Positions 20,968-30,705 of a stretch of 34,058 bases of DNA are shown here, one piece after another. The stretch comes from an uncultured archaeon (GTDB lineage: Archaea > Asgardarchaeota > Lokiarchaeia > Sigyniarchaeales > SOKP01). Both the position numbers and the translations under genes were made by a program. The stretch lies in assembly GCA_964493715.1 (NCBI GenBank), contig CAZBPC010000019.1, forward strand, positions 12,715-46,772. The letters are read 5' to 3'. Position 1 is the first letter of the stretch. Every line of letters starts with the position of its first letter. The notes beneath the pieces were generated by a model. It worked only from the letters and a program-made list of their open reading frames with translations. It was not told the DNA's origin and did not search any database.

Positions 20968-21801
20968 TTAATCTACCCAAAAATCTTTTGCTAGCTGTCT
21001 TCTAGTTTGCCATAAACCATCTTTATCAGTAAATCCAATTATTCCTTTTCCCTGATCAGCGTCTTTTATTTTCCACATTCCGCTAACAGCTCCCGTTAAC
21101 GCACCAGATAAAACTTCAAAACCTTGAGCTGTGTACAAATCACATTCTACTCCACGGTTGATAATGAATTTTAGTTGACGTAAACCTTGTTGATTTTTAG
21201 ATTTGAGTACATCTAATAATAATTCTACTTCGGTATCTAGTTGATCATCAGCTACAACTCGATTCCAGAGATTCCATTCTACTGCTTTTTCTCCAGAGTG
21301 GAGAGCGCCAATAAGATTAATTTCTTTTGCTCTACGACGACCTATAAGTCGAGCTAATCGGGTAGTACCTCCCCATCCAGGAGTAATTCCAACATCAACT
21401 TCGGGCATACCCCATTTCGAACGTTCGGTCGCAATTACAAAATCACAAACCATTGTAATTTCTAAACCACCACCTACAGCATAACCATCTACTGCCGCAA
21501 TTGTAATTTTATCTAACTCTTCGAGCTGATTAGCCATGTTCTGATAGTATCTCACCCGTCTTGTAATATCATTCGCATTTCCCCACTTAATCATTTCTTT
21601 AATATCATCGCCCACGCAGAAATTATCTCCAGCACCCTTGATAACTAAGAATTTGAGTTTTGTAGAGTCTCTCACAATTTCTATAGCGGCAACGATTTCT
21701 TCAGAAAGTTTCATGCTTAATGCGTTCATGACATCAGATCGATTGAGTGTTATCCAAGCTACATCATCAGTTTCTTGATAAATCAAATTTTCGAATTTCA
21801 T
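20968..21801 (-). CDS. Enoyl-CoA hydratase/isomerase (crotonase family)
   Basis: ITLNR...NAL, FCVGDD, AVGGGLE...CDF, GMPEV.VGITPGWGGT.RL.RLIG. Confidence 0.9.
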   Translation of the reverse strand: MKFENLIYQETDDVAWITLNRSDVMNALSMKLSEEIVAAIEIVRDSTKLKFLVIKGAGDNFCVGDDIKEMIKWGNANDITRRVRYYQNMANQLEELDKITIAAVDGYAVGGGLEITMVCDFVIATERSKWGMPEVDVGITPGWGGTTRLARLIGRRRAKEINLIGALHSGEKAVEWNLWNRVVADDQLDTEVELLLDVLKSKNQQGLRQLKFIINRGVECDLYTAQGFEVLSGALTGAVSGMWKIKDADQGKGIIGFTDKDGLWQTRRQLAKDFWVD

Positions 21802-21958
21802 ATTCTATACTTGATCAATTATTTATATAAATATAATTAGAATTTTTGAAAGTAGATGATGACTATTTAGAAAACATGTTTTTCCTATCTATGATAGAGT
21901 TAATTTTTAATGAGGCTGCTAGGCTCTTTTCGAAATAGATTTTATAATAAAACTAATA

Positions 21959-22609
21959 TTATTCAATGGTATACCCTTGTTCTTCCCATGCTTTTCGCAT
22001 AATGGCGTTATGCCTTAAATATTCATCAACTATACTTTTTGGTACGTTATTCAATGGACAACTAAAATTCGGACATTTTGAACAACCAAGAAAATGCATT
22101 GAAATGATCCATATTATTGAAAAAACCAGCGAGATTCCAAAATAAATGTACATTTCTGCTATGAGAAAGAAAACTAAAGGAAATCCCGCAAAAATTGAAA
22201 TACCAATTATGAATTGAATTCTTTCTGAGCGACTCATAGGTGCAGGATTATATTTCCAAGCTTTATAAAGGCCGTAATTCGCATAACACTTGAGTGTTTT
22301 ATCATCTTCAAATGCATAATAAGGACAATGACTGCAGAGAATTTTATTTTCCCAAACCTGGAAGAAAAACACTAAAAAACCAATATAACTTGAGATTAGG
22401 ACAATCAATAGAAGAATATTTAATCCTCCTGAAATAAAACTTTGTAAAAGTCCAATTACCAAAACTACCCATACGCTCAAAACGGGAATCATGAAATAGA
22501 TGGTGTCTTTTATTTCAAATTTACACATTAATTTTCCATTCACAGAGCATTGTTCGCAACTCTCTGGATCAAGATTGCAGATATTTTTCTGTTTATTATT
22601 TTCTTTCAA
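21959..22609 (-). CDS. Four-TM membrane protein with Cys clusters
   Basis: C..C N-terminus, CSHCPYY, CSKCPNFSCPLN; TTG start behind GAGGT. Confidence 0.75.
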   Translation of the reverse strand: MKENNKQKNICNLDPESCEQCSVNGKLMCKFEIKDTIYFMIPVLSVWVVLVIGLLQSFISGGLNILLLIVLISSYIGFLVFFFQVWENKILCSHCPYYAFEDDKTLKCYANYGLYKAWKYNPAPMSRSERIQFIIGISIFAGFPLVFFLIAEMYIYFGISLVFSIIWIISMHFLGCSKCPNFSCPLNNVPKSIVDEYLRHNAIMRKAWEEQGYTIE

Positions 22610-22656
22610 TATTTATACCTCTTAAAAAAATGGTTATTTCCTTTATCTTATTACAA

Positions 22657-23172
22657 TTATAAAGACTTTATTATTTCTGCGGCCCATTCCTTTGCTCTTT
22701 TTACTTCCGCATCGGGATTATTCTTTAAAGGTTCCGAAAAAATGTTTTCTCCCACAATGTTACAATTTTGCAGTTCTTTCTTTAATCTTTTCATTGCTTT
22801 AACTCCATTTCCGCCTGCACAGTTCCAAATTGCGAGATTTTTATTAGATAAATCATTCATTTTAAAATAACTTCTTATTGATGGGGTTAATGTCCATGCC
22901 CAAACAGGTGTTCCGAGAAAAATCAAGTCATAATCAATTGGATCATATTCTAAAGGCTCTAATTTTGGTTTATGTTTCATCTTTGCATGCATTCCCCCCC
23001 AAAAAAAGCGGGTTCTACTCTCAGAATCCAAATCTTTTATGGGTTTCAGTCGTTCAACTTCAGCACCCGTTTGTTCCTTTATTGCTTCAGCAATAAGATG
23101 GGTATTACCCGTAAGGGAGTAATAAACAATTAAAATTTTATTAACCATTATAATTCTCTTAGAGTATAGCAT
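22657..23172 (-). CDS. Flavodoxin
   Basis: YYSLTGNT FMN-binding loop and GTPVWAW; the real start may be the ATG at 23148. Confidence 0.88.
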   Translation of the reverse strand: MLYSKRIIMVNKILIVYYSLTGNTHLIAEAIKEQTGAEVERLKPIKDLDSESRTRFFWGGMHAKMKHKPKLEPLEYDPIDYDLIFLGTPVWAWTLTPSIRSYFKMNDLSNKNLAIWNCAGGNGVKAMKRLKKELQNCNIVGENIFSEPLKNNPDAEVKRAKEWAAEIIKSL

Positions 23173-23333
23173 CTTTTTAAAACCTTTTAGTATAAAAATT
23201 GAAGAAGATTAATTTCAAACAATCAAATTCAATCTATGATTTGTCTAATTGAAATACTTTTTATCAAAAAAATATATAAATCAATATTCCTATTGAATTA
23301 TTTTTAAGTCTATAAAGTAGGAAAAAAAGTCTT

Positions 23334-24119
23334 TTAACTTTGAAATCTCTTTTCTAGTGTCTTTTCATGCAAAAAGAAAGCAAGAAATAGAAAACCAAGA
23401 CCAAGTAAAGAGAGTATTATCAGATCTATCAATATCCCGAACATCCCAAATACACTTAAATCTCCAAGACTAACATTTATTATGTCAATAAAATAAGTTA
23501 GTGGAGATATATACGCTATTGGCGTTAATACAATTGGTATAAATAATGGAGTCATGAATACAAGAGGGAATTTTATAAGAATGGTAAAAACCATTGTACT
23601 CCCTGGCGTACTTGATGATGGAACCGAAAGTATTAAACTAAAACATGAAAATGCCAAACCCGCAACGATCATTCCCACTATTATAAGCAACAAGTTAAAA
23701 TTAAGCGAAATTACTGAGAAAATAGATCCAAGTATCAAGGGAATTGAAGAAAAAAGTATTCCGTAAATTAAAGAACTCCACATACTTCCAAGTAGTATTG
23801 TTTTAATCGAAATTGGGCAAGTTATTAATCTCTCTAATGTTTTTTGCATAGCTTCCCATGGAAAGACAATTGGTCCTAGGGAGGTTGAAGTTAAAAATAA
23901 GATCATAGCCATCATACCAGAAATCAAATAGATTGATTGAATATTTCTGCCAATTGTAAGAGCTACAAAAAGTATTAACGGAAAAAGTATTCCTTGAATA
24001 AGCACAGGAGGTTTATTATAATAGATTCTGAGATCTTTCTTAGTAATTATAAAAGATCTTCGAATTTGAGTACCAACACTTCTGAATTTCGACATTTCAT
24101 AATCTACAGATTTGTTCAC
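23334..24119 (-). CDS. ABC-2 type exporter permease
   Basis: Six TM segments, LERL..CPI, SPLTY; overlaps the ATPase stop codon. Confidence 0.85.
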   Translation of the reverse strand: MNKSVDYEMSKFRSVGTQIRRSFIITKKDLRIYYNKPPVLIQGILFPLILFVALTIGRNIQSIYLISGMMAMILFLTSTSLGPIVFPWEAMQKTLERLITCPISIKTILLGSMWSSLIYGILFSSIPLILGSIFSVISLNFNLLLIIVGMIVAGLAFSCFSLILSVPSSSTPGSTMVFTILIKFPLVFMTPLFIPIVLTPIAYISPLTYFIDIINVSLGDLSVFGMFGILIDLIILSLLGLGFLFLAFFLHEKTLEKRFQS

Positions 24120-25114
24120 TTTGACCCACCTCTTTCTATAATTTTTAAGAAAGCTTCTTCTAATTTGGGTTGATATGTTATCAGTTTTTTAATTTTCAGA
24201 TTATTAGTTCTAACGTAATCGATTATTTCGCATATGGAATTATGTATATCATCAACAATAATGTGATATCCTCCATTTACTTCTTGAACTTTGTTTATAT
24301 AGTTCAGTTTCTCAATTTCATTTTTTAACAAACCGTTTTCAACGGATAGATCTATTGCTTGATATTCTTGAACGAGAACTTTAAAATTTTCAGGGGTATC
24401 TAAACTTATTATCTTACCTTTATTAATAATAGCGATCCTATGACATAATTCATTTGCTATATCCATATCATGTGTGGTTAGGAAGATTGTGGTTCCTTTT
24501 TTATTGTATTCCAATATTATTTCTTTGATAATTCTAGCTGACTGGACATCTAAACCACTAGTAGGTTCGTCTAAAAATAGAATTTCTGGATTGCTCATTA
24601 AAGCCATGCTCAACAGTAAACGTTGTTTCATCCCTTTTGAGTATGTTTTGGCTTTAATATTCTTTTTTTCTAAAAGCTCGAATTCTTTAAGTAAATACTC
24701 CGCTCTGTTTTTCCTTTCTTCTTTAGATAATCCATATAATTCTCCAATAAGTAAAAGATTGTGCCATCCACTTAAATCAGTATATACACTTGCTTCCTCT
24801 GGCACATTTCCAATTAGCTGCTTTATATGTAATGACTCAGTCCTCGAATCCTTTCCAAATATTGTAATACTACCAATGGTCGGTTTCAGAACGCCTGTCA
24901 ACATGCGAATCGTTGTTGTCTTCCCAGCACCATTCGGTCCTAAAAATCCAAAAATCTCTCCTTTCTTAACTTTAAAACTTATGTTATCAACAGCCTTAAA
25001 TTCCTTTCCTGAATTATCTCCATTGGATTTCGATTTTGAGTGCATTTTAGCTTTTCGAGATACTTCAAAAAATTTCGAAAGATTCTTTACTATAATCGCA
25101 ACCATATTCAACAC
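24116..25114 (-). CDS. ABC-2 type exporter ATP-binding protein
   Basis: GPNGAGKTT Walker A, YSKGMKQR signature, FLDEPTSGLD Walker B; the start may be the ATG at 25105. Confidence 0.92.
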   Translation of the reverse strand: MLNMVAIIVKNLSKFFEVSRKAKMHSKSKSNGDNSGKEFKAVDNISFKVKKGEIFGFLGPNGAGKTTTIRMLTGVLKPTIGSITIFGKDSRTESLHIKQLIGNVPEEASVYTDLSGWHNLLLIGELYGLSKEERKNRAEYLLKEFELLEKKNIKAKTYSKGMKQRLLLSMALMSNPEILFLDEPTSGLDVQSARIIKEIILEYNKKGTTIFLTTHDMDIANELCHRIAIINKGKIISLDTPENFKVLVQEYQAIDLSVENGLLKNEIEKLNYINKVQEVNGGYHIIVDDIHNSICEIIDYVRTNNLKIKKLITYQPKLEEAFLKIIERGGSK

Positions 25115-25123
25115 CTTATGTGT

Positions 25124-25279
25124 CTATTTTTTCGTTTCATCAAGTTTAATGTGTTTTAGTAACTCATTTATCGATTGATGTCCATGACATTTTATAACTT
25201 GGTTAAGCGAACAACCTTCAGGATACTTTACTTTAATTTCTGGACTAGAACATTTACATTCTTCCTCATCTATTTTCAT
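25124..25279 (-). CDS. Unannotated 51-aa Cys/His-rich small protein
   Basis: Hand translation MKIDEEECKCSSPEIKVKYPEGCSLNQVIKCHGHQSINELLKHIKLDETKK*; GAGGA upstream; first gene of the ABC-2 operon. Confidence 0.65.
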   Translation of the reverse strand: MKIDEEECKCSSPEIKVKYPEGCSLNQVIKCHGHQSINELLKHIKLDETKK

Positions 25280-25413
25280 AATTTTTTCCTCGATTTTTGT
25301 TATAAAAAGTAAAATTCTAATTAGTTTGATTTATTATTCAACTAATTCAAGCATATATTTAAATATTTCGAAGGATAATTAAATTTATTAGATATGTAGT
25401 GATTTAAATTATT

Positions 25414-25758
25414 ATGAAGGAAATTAACTTAGATGATATAGGGGACTATATTAGGGCTTTGCATTGTGGTATTCGATGGCAAATAATTGATTTTTTAAAA
25501 GACGCTCCTAAAAGCTCAGAGGAAATCTTCCTGTATTTGAAAGAGTTAAGGAAAAAAATAAAAATCGATAAAACACAATGTAAAGGCGGTTGCCATAATG
25601 AGTTTAAAAATGAGATCAAAAAGCAAAATGTCTATTATCACTTACGAGAGCTTGAAAAAGTGGGGATCATTATTTTAGAAGATTATAAGCCAAGTGAGAG
25701 AGCGCCAGAAAAGGTTTGGAAATTAAATCTTGAGAAAATAATAATCAAATTTAAATAA
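25414..25758 (+). CDS. ArsR-like winged-helix transcription regulator
   Basis: RAL..GIRWQI..FL, VYYHLRELEKVGII, PEKVWKL; CKGGCH insertion. Confidence 0.8.
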   Translation: MKEINLDDIGDYIRALHCGIRWQIIDFLKDAPKSSEEIFLYLKELRKKIKIDKTQCKGGCHNEFKNEIKKQNVYYHLRELEKVGIIILEDYKPSERAPEKVWKLNLEKIIIKFK

Positions 25759-25991
25759 AAATTGCTATTTTGCTGAAAAAAAGCATCATTGTGCTCCTAT
25801 AAATTTCTCTATTTCGATTAATTTGTATAATTAATATCTAAAATAACTACATCCGCGACATAATATGGGATTATTCCTCTTTGTTGCTGTTGTAATGGCC
25901 CGAATGATTTATCAAGATTTGAATCATTTTCCTCGACCATTAAAGAATTATGTTCCTCTCATGAATATTGTGATTAAAGCCAATGAATTCT

Positions 25992-26007
25992 GAAAAAATA
26001 TTTAAAA
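25992..26007 (+). promoter_or_regulatory. BRE/TATA promoter of the leader-leuS transcript
   Basis: GAAAAAA followed by TATTTAAAA, about 27 nt upstream of the leader ATG at 26030 (spacing typical of leaderless transcripts). Confidence 0.5.
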
Positions 26008-26029
26008 CAATAATTCTAATTAGATTATA

Positions 26030-26116
26030 ATGACAAATAATAGCAACATTGCAAATCACATCCTAAAGAAAAATTTAGCTTTAGATGACTTGCTAGTTCT
26101 ATTATTACTGTTATGA
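26030..26116 (+). CDS. Leucine-rich leader peptide upstream of leuS (MTNNSNIANHILKKNLALDDLLVLLLLL*)
   Basis: 10 of 28 codons are Leu, including 7 of the last 8; ends 129 nt before leuS; followed immediately by a stem-loop. Confidence 0.75.
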   Translation: MTNNSNIANHILKKNLALDDLLVLLLLL

Positions 26117-26245
26117 ACGGGACAAATCCGCTCCTTCTCTTTCTGAAGTATTCCCATGGATTTGTCCGTTTGGCATGAATATGTAATTGAAAGAGATAGT
26201 AGCGCGAACTTTTTCCCTAATAATAAAAAATAAGGAAGGAAAAAA
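26116..26245 (+). promoter_or_regulatory. Attenuator-like structured RNA between the leader peptide and leuS
   Basis: AACGGGACAAATCC (26116-26129) pairs with GGATTTGTCCGTT (26158-26170). Loop TCTCTTTC (26136-26143) is complementary to GAAAGAGA (26189-26196). TTTTTCC near 26210 is complementary to GGAAAAA just before the ATG. Confidence 0.6.
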
Positions 26246-29134
26246 ATGTACAATGCGCGTGAAATTGAAAAAAAATGGCAACATAGATGGCAGGAGGAAA
26301 AAATTTTTGAAGCAAATTGTGATTTGAAAAAAGCAAAAAAATTTATAACAATCCCTTACCCTTACGCTTCAGGTCCACAACATATAGGACATGGAAGAAG
26401 TTATGCAAATGGAGACATTTTTACTCGCTATTATCGAGCGAAAGGATTTAATGTATTACTCCCAATGGCATTTCATATTACTGGAACTCCAGTATTAGCG
26501 ATATCATCAGCTATTGAACGTGGAGAAAAGAAGATAGTTGATAGAATGTATGATTATGTGTCCCTTCACACATCGAATGAAAGTAAAATCAAGCAAATCG
26601 TGGACGAATTCGTCGACCCATGGAATGTGGTGAAATATTTTTCTAATGCTATCAAGGAAGATTTCATATCTCTTGGAATGAGCATAGATTGGAGAAGAGA
26701 ATTTACCACGGGAGACCCTACTTATAACAAGTTTATTGAATGGCAGTTCCAGAAGCTGATGGATAAAGGATACATAGAGAAAGGGGCATATCCCATATTA
26801 TTTTGTCCCCGAGATAATAACGCTGTTGGGGAAGATGACATAGCAAGTGGAGATGAATTAGACTTGAAGATCAATGAATTTATTTGTATCAAATTTCCCT
26901 ATGAAGATGGATATTTAGTACCTGCAACTTTAAGACCGGAAACCATTTTTGGAGCTACTAACATTTGGGTAAATCCAAAGGGGATTTATGTCTGGATTCT
27001 AATAAATGGAGAAAAATGGATAGTTTCAGAGGAAGCTGTCGAATTATTAAGAAATCAAGGAAAAAATGTGGAAATTCTCGAGAAATTCTCTGGAAAATTT
27101 CTGATTGGAAAAAAAGCAAGACTGATAGGAGGTAATAGAAGCTTACCAATACTGCCGGGTGATTTTGTAGATACCTCCACTGCAACTGGTGTTGTTTATT
27201 CAGTTCCCGCTCACGCTCCCTATGATTATATTGCTTTATTGGATTTACAGAAAAACGAAGAGATTATTGAACAGTATCATCTTGATAAAGCTGCGATTAA
27301 AAGTATAAAACCCATTGTTATTATCAAATCAAAAGGAATCAGTGATATTCCAGCTAAAGGTTATTGTGAAAAATTTGGGGTTGAAACTCAATTAGATAAA
27401 GAAAAATTAGATAGGGCAACTGTAGAACTATACAAGAGTGAATTCTATAATGGAATTCTAAATGAAAAATGTGGAATATACAATAAAAAATCTGTGAATG
27501 AAGCAGTTAACGAAGTAAAACAAGATTTAACCAATGAGGGAAAAATTGATAGGGTTTATGTTCCCGTAACTCGAAATTTGAAGTGTCGTTGTGGTGAAAA
27601 GATTATAGTAACGATTTTAGAAGATCAGTGGTTTCTCAATTTCAATTCGGGAGTCTGGAAGGAAAAGGCCTTCGAATGTCTTGAAAAAATGGAAATCGTT
27701 CCGAAAAAATATCGGCAAAATTTCGTGAATGTATTTCATTGGTTAGAAAAAAGACCATGCGCAAGAAAACGGGGATTAGGTACAAAATTACCCTTTGATA
27801 AAAATTGGATCATTGAATCATTAAGTGACTCAACTATTTACATGAGTTTCTACACCATCATTCACATAATAAATAGGAATAAGATTGAGGCGGATCATTT
27901 AATTCCAGAAGTATTTGATTTCGTTTTTTTGGAAAAAGGTGATATTAATCGGGTATCTAAATTGTCTCAAATTCCAAAGGCAGTATTAAGCGAGATGCAC
28001 TCCGAATTTTCATACTGGTATCCTGTTGATCATAGACATACCGCAATAATGCACATCTCTAATCACTTGAGCTTTTACCTATTCCATCATGCAGGAATTT
28101 TTCCAGAAAAATATTGGCCAAGATTGTTAACATTAATAGAACCCGTCATTGTTGAAGGTGAAAAAATGGGAAAATCTAAAGGAAATCTAATTTCATTAGC
28201 AGAAATTCGAGAAAAGTACTCCACAGATTTATTTCGCTTTTACATATCACATAGTGCAGATCTTGGTGCTAGCATGGATTGGAGAGAGAAGAAAATCCAA
28301 TCTGTTTCAAACCATATTGAAAAATTTTATAGGTTTGTCAGAGAAAACATAACTAAATCGAAGCAAATTGATCTGAAAATTAATGATATTGAATTAGATT
28401 ATTCCAGATTAATTCTCTCAAAAATAGTTAGGAATTTCATAAATGCTGCAAACGCTCTAAAAAAGTTTAATCTACGGAAGTACCTTCAAATTGGATTTTA
28501 TGAGACTTTTAGTTTGATCCAAGAATTCAAAAAAAATGCCGAGGATAAATCTGAGTTTATGGTTGTGTTTAATATTATGATATCAGATTGGTTAAAATTA
28601 TTATCTTTAACCCTTCCTCATGTTTGTGAAGAACTATGGGAATATGCTGAACTGGAAGGATTTGTTTCAAATACTTTATGGGGTGATTTTAATGAAAAAT
28701 ATCTTGATCAAGATATAGAAAATGAATACGAATACATATCTTCTATCATAGAGGATATTCTAAACATACAAAAAATTGCTAATACACAAAACAATGACAA
28801 GATTTTCATTTACACATCTCCAAAGTGGAAAATAGAAGTTTTAAATGTCATAATTTCAAAAAAAGGCGATTTTAATTTAATTTTGACCGAACTCAAGAAA
28901 GATATTAATATTATGAAAAATAAACAACTCATCCCATTTGTCAAGTCTCAAATTAAAAATAGAGTTTGGGAAATCAATTATCAAAATATGGACGAAAATA
29001 AACTCATAAAGAAATTCAATAACTTTATTGAGAAACGAGTTGGAAAAAAGATTGTTTTAAATTCTACACACGATCCCACTGGAAAAGCCTTGAAAGCCAA
29101 TCCATTTAAACCGGCAATCTATATAGGAGATTAA
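26246..29134 (+). CDS. leuS: Leucine--tRNA ligase, archaeal/eukaryotic type
   Basis: PYPY.SG..HIGH, DWRREFTT, ATLRPETIFGATN, SVPAHAPYDY, IESLSDSTIY, KMGKSKGN, KA.PFKPAIY. Confidence 0.96.
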   Translation: MYNAREIEKKWQHRWQEEKIFEANCDLKKAKKFITIPYPYASGPQHIGHGRSYANGDIFTRYYRAKGFNVLLPMAFHITGTPVLAISSAIERGEKKIVDRMYDYVSLHTSNESKIKQIVDEFVDPWNVVKYFSNAIKEDFISLGMSIDWRREFTTGDPTYNKFIEWQFQKLMDKGYIEKGAYPILFCPRDNNAVGEDDIASGDELDLKINEFICIKFPYEDGYLVPATLRPETIFGATNIWVNPKGIYVWILINGEKWIVSEEAVELLRNQGKNVEILEKFSGKFLIGKKARLIGGNRSLPILPGDFVDTSTATGVVYSVPAHAPYDYIALLDLQKNEEIIEQYHLDKAAIKSIKPIVIIKSKGISDIPAKGYCEKFGVETQLDKEKLDRATVELYKSEFYNGILNEKCGIYNKKSVNEAVNEVKQDLTNEGKIDRVYVPVTRNLKCRCGEKIIVTILEDQWFLNFNSGVWKEKAFECLEKMEIVPKKYRQNFVNVFHWLEKRPCARKRGLGTKLPFDKNWIIESLSDSTIYMSFYTIIHIINRNKIEADHLIPEVFDFVFLEKGDINRVSKLSQIPKAVLSEMHSEFSYWYPVDHRHTAIMHISNHLSFYLFHHAGIFPEKYWPRLLTLIEPVIVEGEKMGKSKGNLISLAEIREKYSTDLFRFYISHSADLGASMDWREKKIQSVSNHIEKFYRFVRENITKSKQIDLKINDIELDYSRLILSKIVRNFINAANALKKFNLRKYLQIGFYETFSLIQEFKKNAEDKSEFMVVFNIMISDWLKLLSLTLPHVCEELWEYAELEGFVSNTLWGDFNEKYLDQDIENEYEYISSIIEDILNIQKIANTQNNDKIFIYTSPKWKIEVLNVIISKKGDFNLILTELKKDINIMKNKQLIPFVKSQIKNRVWEINYQNMDENKLIKKFNNFIEKRVGKKIVLNSTHDPTGKALKANPFKPAIYIGD

Positions 29135-29177
29135 TTCAAGCTCATTTTTAAATATAATTTAACCACCAGTTATTTTC

Positions 29178-30371
29178 CTATTCAAATTTTAAAGTATTAA
29201 TGATTCTCTTCATACAATTTTCTAAAATTGATTTTGGACAAGCTACATTGATCCTTTCAAATCCAGAACCACCTGGACCGAACATTGTACCATCATCAAA
29301 CACTACTTTAGCTTTTTTAAGCATTAAGTTTTTAAGTTCTTCATCGCTGAAATTAAGACAGTTGAAATCTAACCAAGCGAGATATGTACCCTCGGGGTCG
29401 ATAAATTTTACACTCGGGAGTTCTGTTTCTATAAATTCCTTTAAATAATTGAAATTGTTATTAATATAATGTAAAACTTGCTCCAACCAATCTGATCCTT
29501 CATTATATGCTGCAATCATTGCCACAATTCCAAACGTATTAGGAATATGTATTCCATTTTTATGAACTATCGTATGGTTAAAAGATTCTCTTATTTTTTC
29601 GTTAGGTATGATAATATTTGAAATTTGAAGTCCTGCCATATTAAAAGTTTTACTTGGGGCAGTACACATTATAGTATTTTGCTCAAATTCTTCTGAAATC
29701 GTTGAAAATAAGGTGTGCTGAAATCCTGGGAGAATTAAATCATGATGAATTTCATCTGCTATTATCATAATATCGTTCTCAAGACAAATTTCACCAATTC
29801 TTTTTAGTTCTTGTTGAGTCCAAATTCGTCCTACTGGGTTATGAGGACTACATAGAATAAATATTTTAGCAAGAGGATCTTTAGCTTTTTCTTCAAAATC
29901 CTCAAAATCAAATTTATATCTTTTATTTTCATAGTGCAATTGGTTGATTAAAACGTAACGACCATTATTGGTTATGGCGGAAAAAAAGGGATAATATACA
30001 GGGGATTGTATTATGATTTTATCACCAATATTGGAAAATGTTTGTATCATCATGTAAATTGCGGGGACTATTCCCGGACTGTAAATTATCCAATTAGGGT
30101 CAACGTTCCAACCGTGTTTTCGATGCATCCATCCTATAACAGAATCATAATAAGTTGACGTTTCATGCCAATTATATCCATAGATTTCTTCATTTGCTCT
30201 TTTCTTTATAGCGTCGATTACCGGTTGAGGACATTGAAAATCCATGTCTGCAACCCAGAGAGATAATAAATCATCATCATCCGTCTTAAAAAATTTTTGG
30301 AGTGCTTGCTTACTCCATTTTAGTGAGAAAGAAGAATCTCTATCAATTAACCTATCAAAATCATATTTCAT
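29178..30371 (-). CDS. patB: PLP-dependent cystathionine beta-lyase / C-S lyase (MalY/PatB)
   Basis: WVADMDF, CSPHNPVGR.W, ADEIH, APSKTFN, EGTYLAWLD, RINVACP. Confidence 0.92.
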   Translation of the reverse strand: MKYDFDRLIDRDSSFSLKWSKQALQKFFKTDDDDLLSLWVADMDFQCPQPVIDAIKKRANEEIYGYNWHETSTYYDSVIGWMHRKHGWNVDPNWIIYSPGIVPAIYMMIQTFSNIGDKIIIQSPVYYPFFSAITNNGRYVLINQLHYENKRYKFDFEDFEEKAKDPLAKIFILCSPHNPVGRIWTQQELKRIGEICLENDIMIIADEIHHDLILPGFQHTLFSTISEEFEQNTIMCTAPSKTFNMAGLQISNIIIPNEKIRESFNHTIVHKNGIHIPNTFGIVAMIAAYNEGSDWLEQVLHYINNNFNYLKEFIETELPSVKFIDPEGTYLAWLDFNCLNFSDEELKNLMLKKAKVVFDDGTMFGPGGSGFERINVACPKSILENCMKRIINTLKFE

Positions 30372-30705
30372 TTTGAATCTAGAGATGAAATTTAAAAATT
30401 CATTTAAACATTTATTATTCGCAAGCCTAAAATAAATTCAAAGTTCATTTTTCAATAAAAAAAGATATTAAAGTTAATAGTAATGATTCTAAATATAACC
30501 CATTTAATAAAAAGACGACAGTACTTCTTTTCAAATTAGCACTATCTCTCGGAAATTTATAGAATTAATAGAAACTTAAAAAATTTCTTTATAAAATTCT
30601 CAATCGCATGCTTTTTGAATATAAATTCAAAATCGCCTTTATAAAATAAACTTAAATAATTATCAATCATTTGTATTTTTAAAATCTAATATCATGTGAA
30701 GATTT

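Noticed and set aside
24474-25178. 234-aa plus-strand ORF and similar antisense ORFs (e.g. 2468-2731, 3371-3745, 22550-22870, 32999-33313)
   Set aside because: They mirror confidently assigned genes on the opposite strand, are Ser/Phe-rich and carry no motifs.
25865-25993. 42-aa ORF MGLFLFVAVVMARMIYQDLNHF...
   Set aside because: No recognisable family or context; it could be a small gene or remnant but cannot be supported.
26111-26178. SECIS element (ATGA at the base of a hairpin)
   Set aside because: There is no GA on the 3' arm to form the core, and no in-frame UGA selenoprotein candidate nearby.
26186-26210. T-box riboswitch (GAGATAGTAGCGCG loosely resembles GGTGGNACCGCG)
   Set aside because: It lacks the UGGN needed to pair with the tRNA NCCA end and has no recognisable stem I or specifier loop. 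The leader peptide explains the region better.
26056-26253. 65-aa minus-strand ORF from the track
   Set aside because: It is antisense to the leuS leader and start, has no motifs, and is likely spurious.
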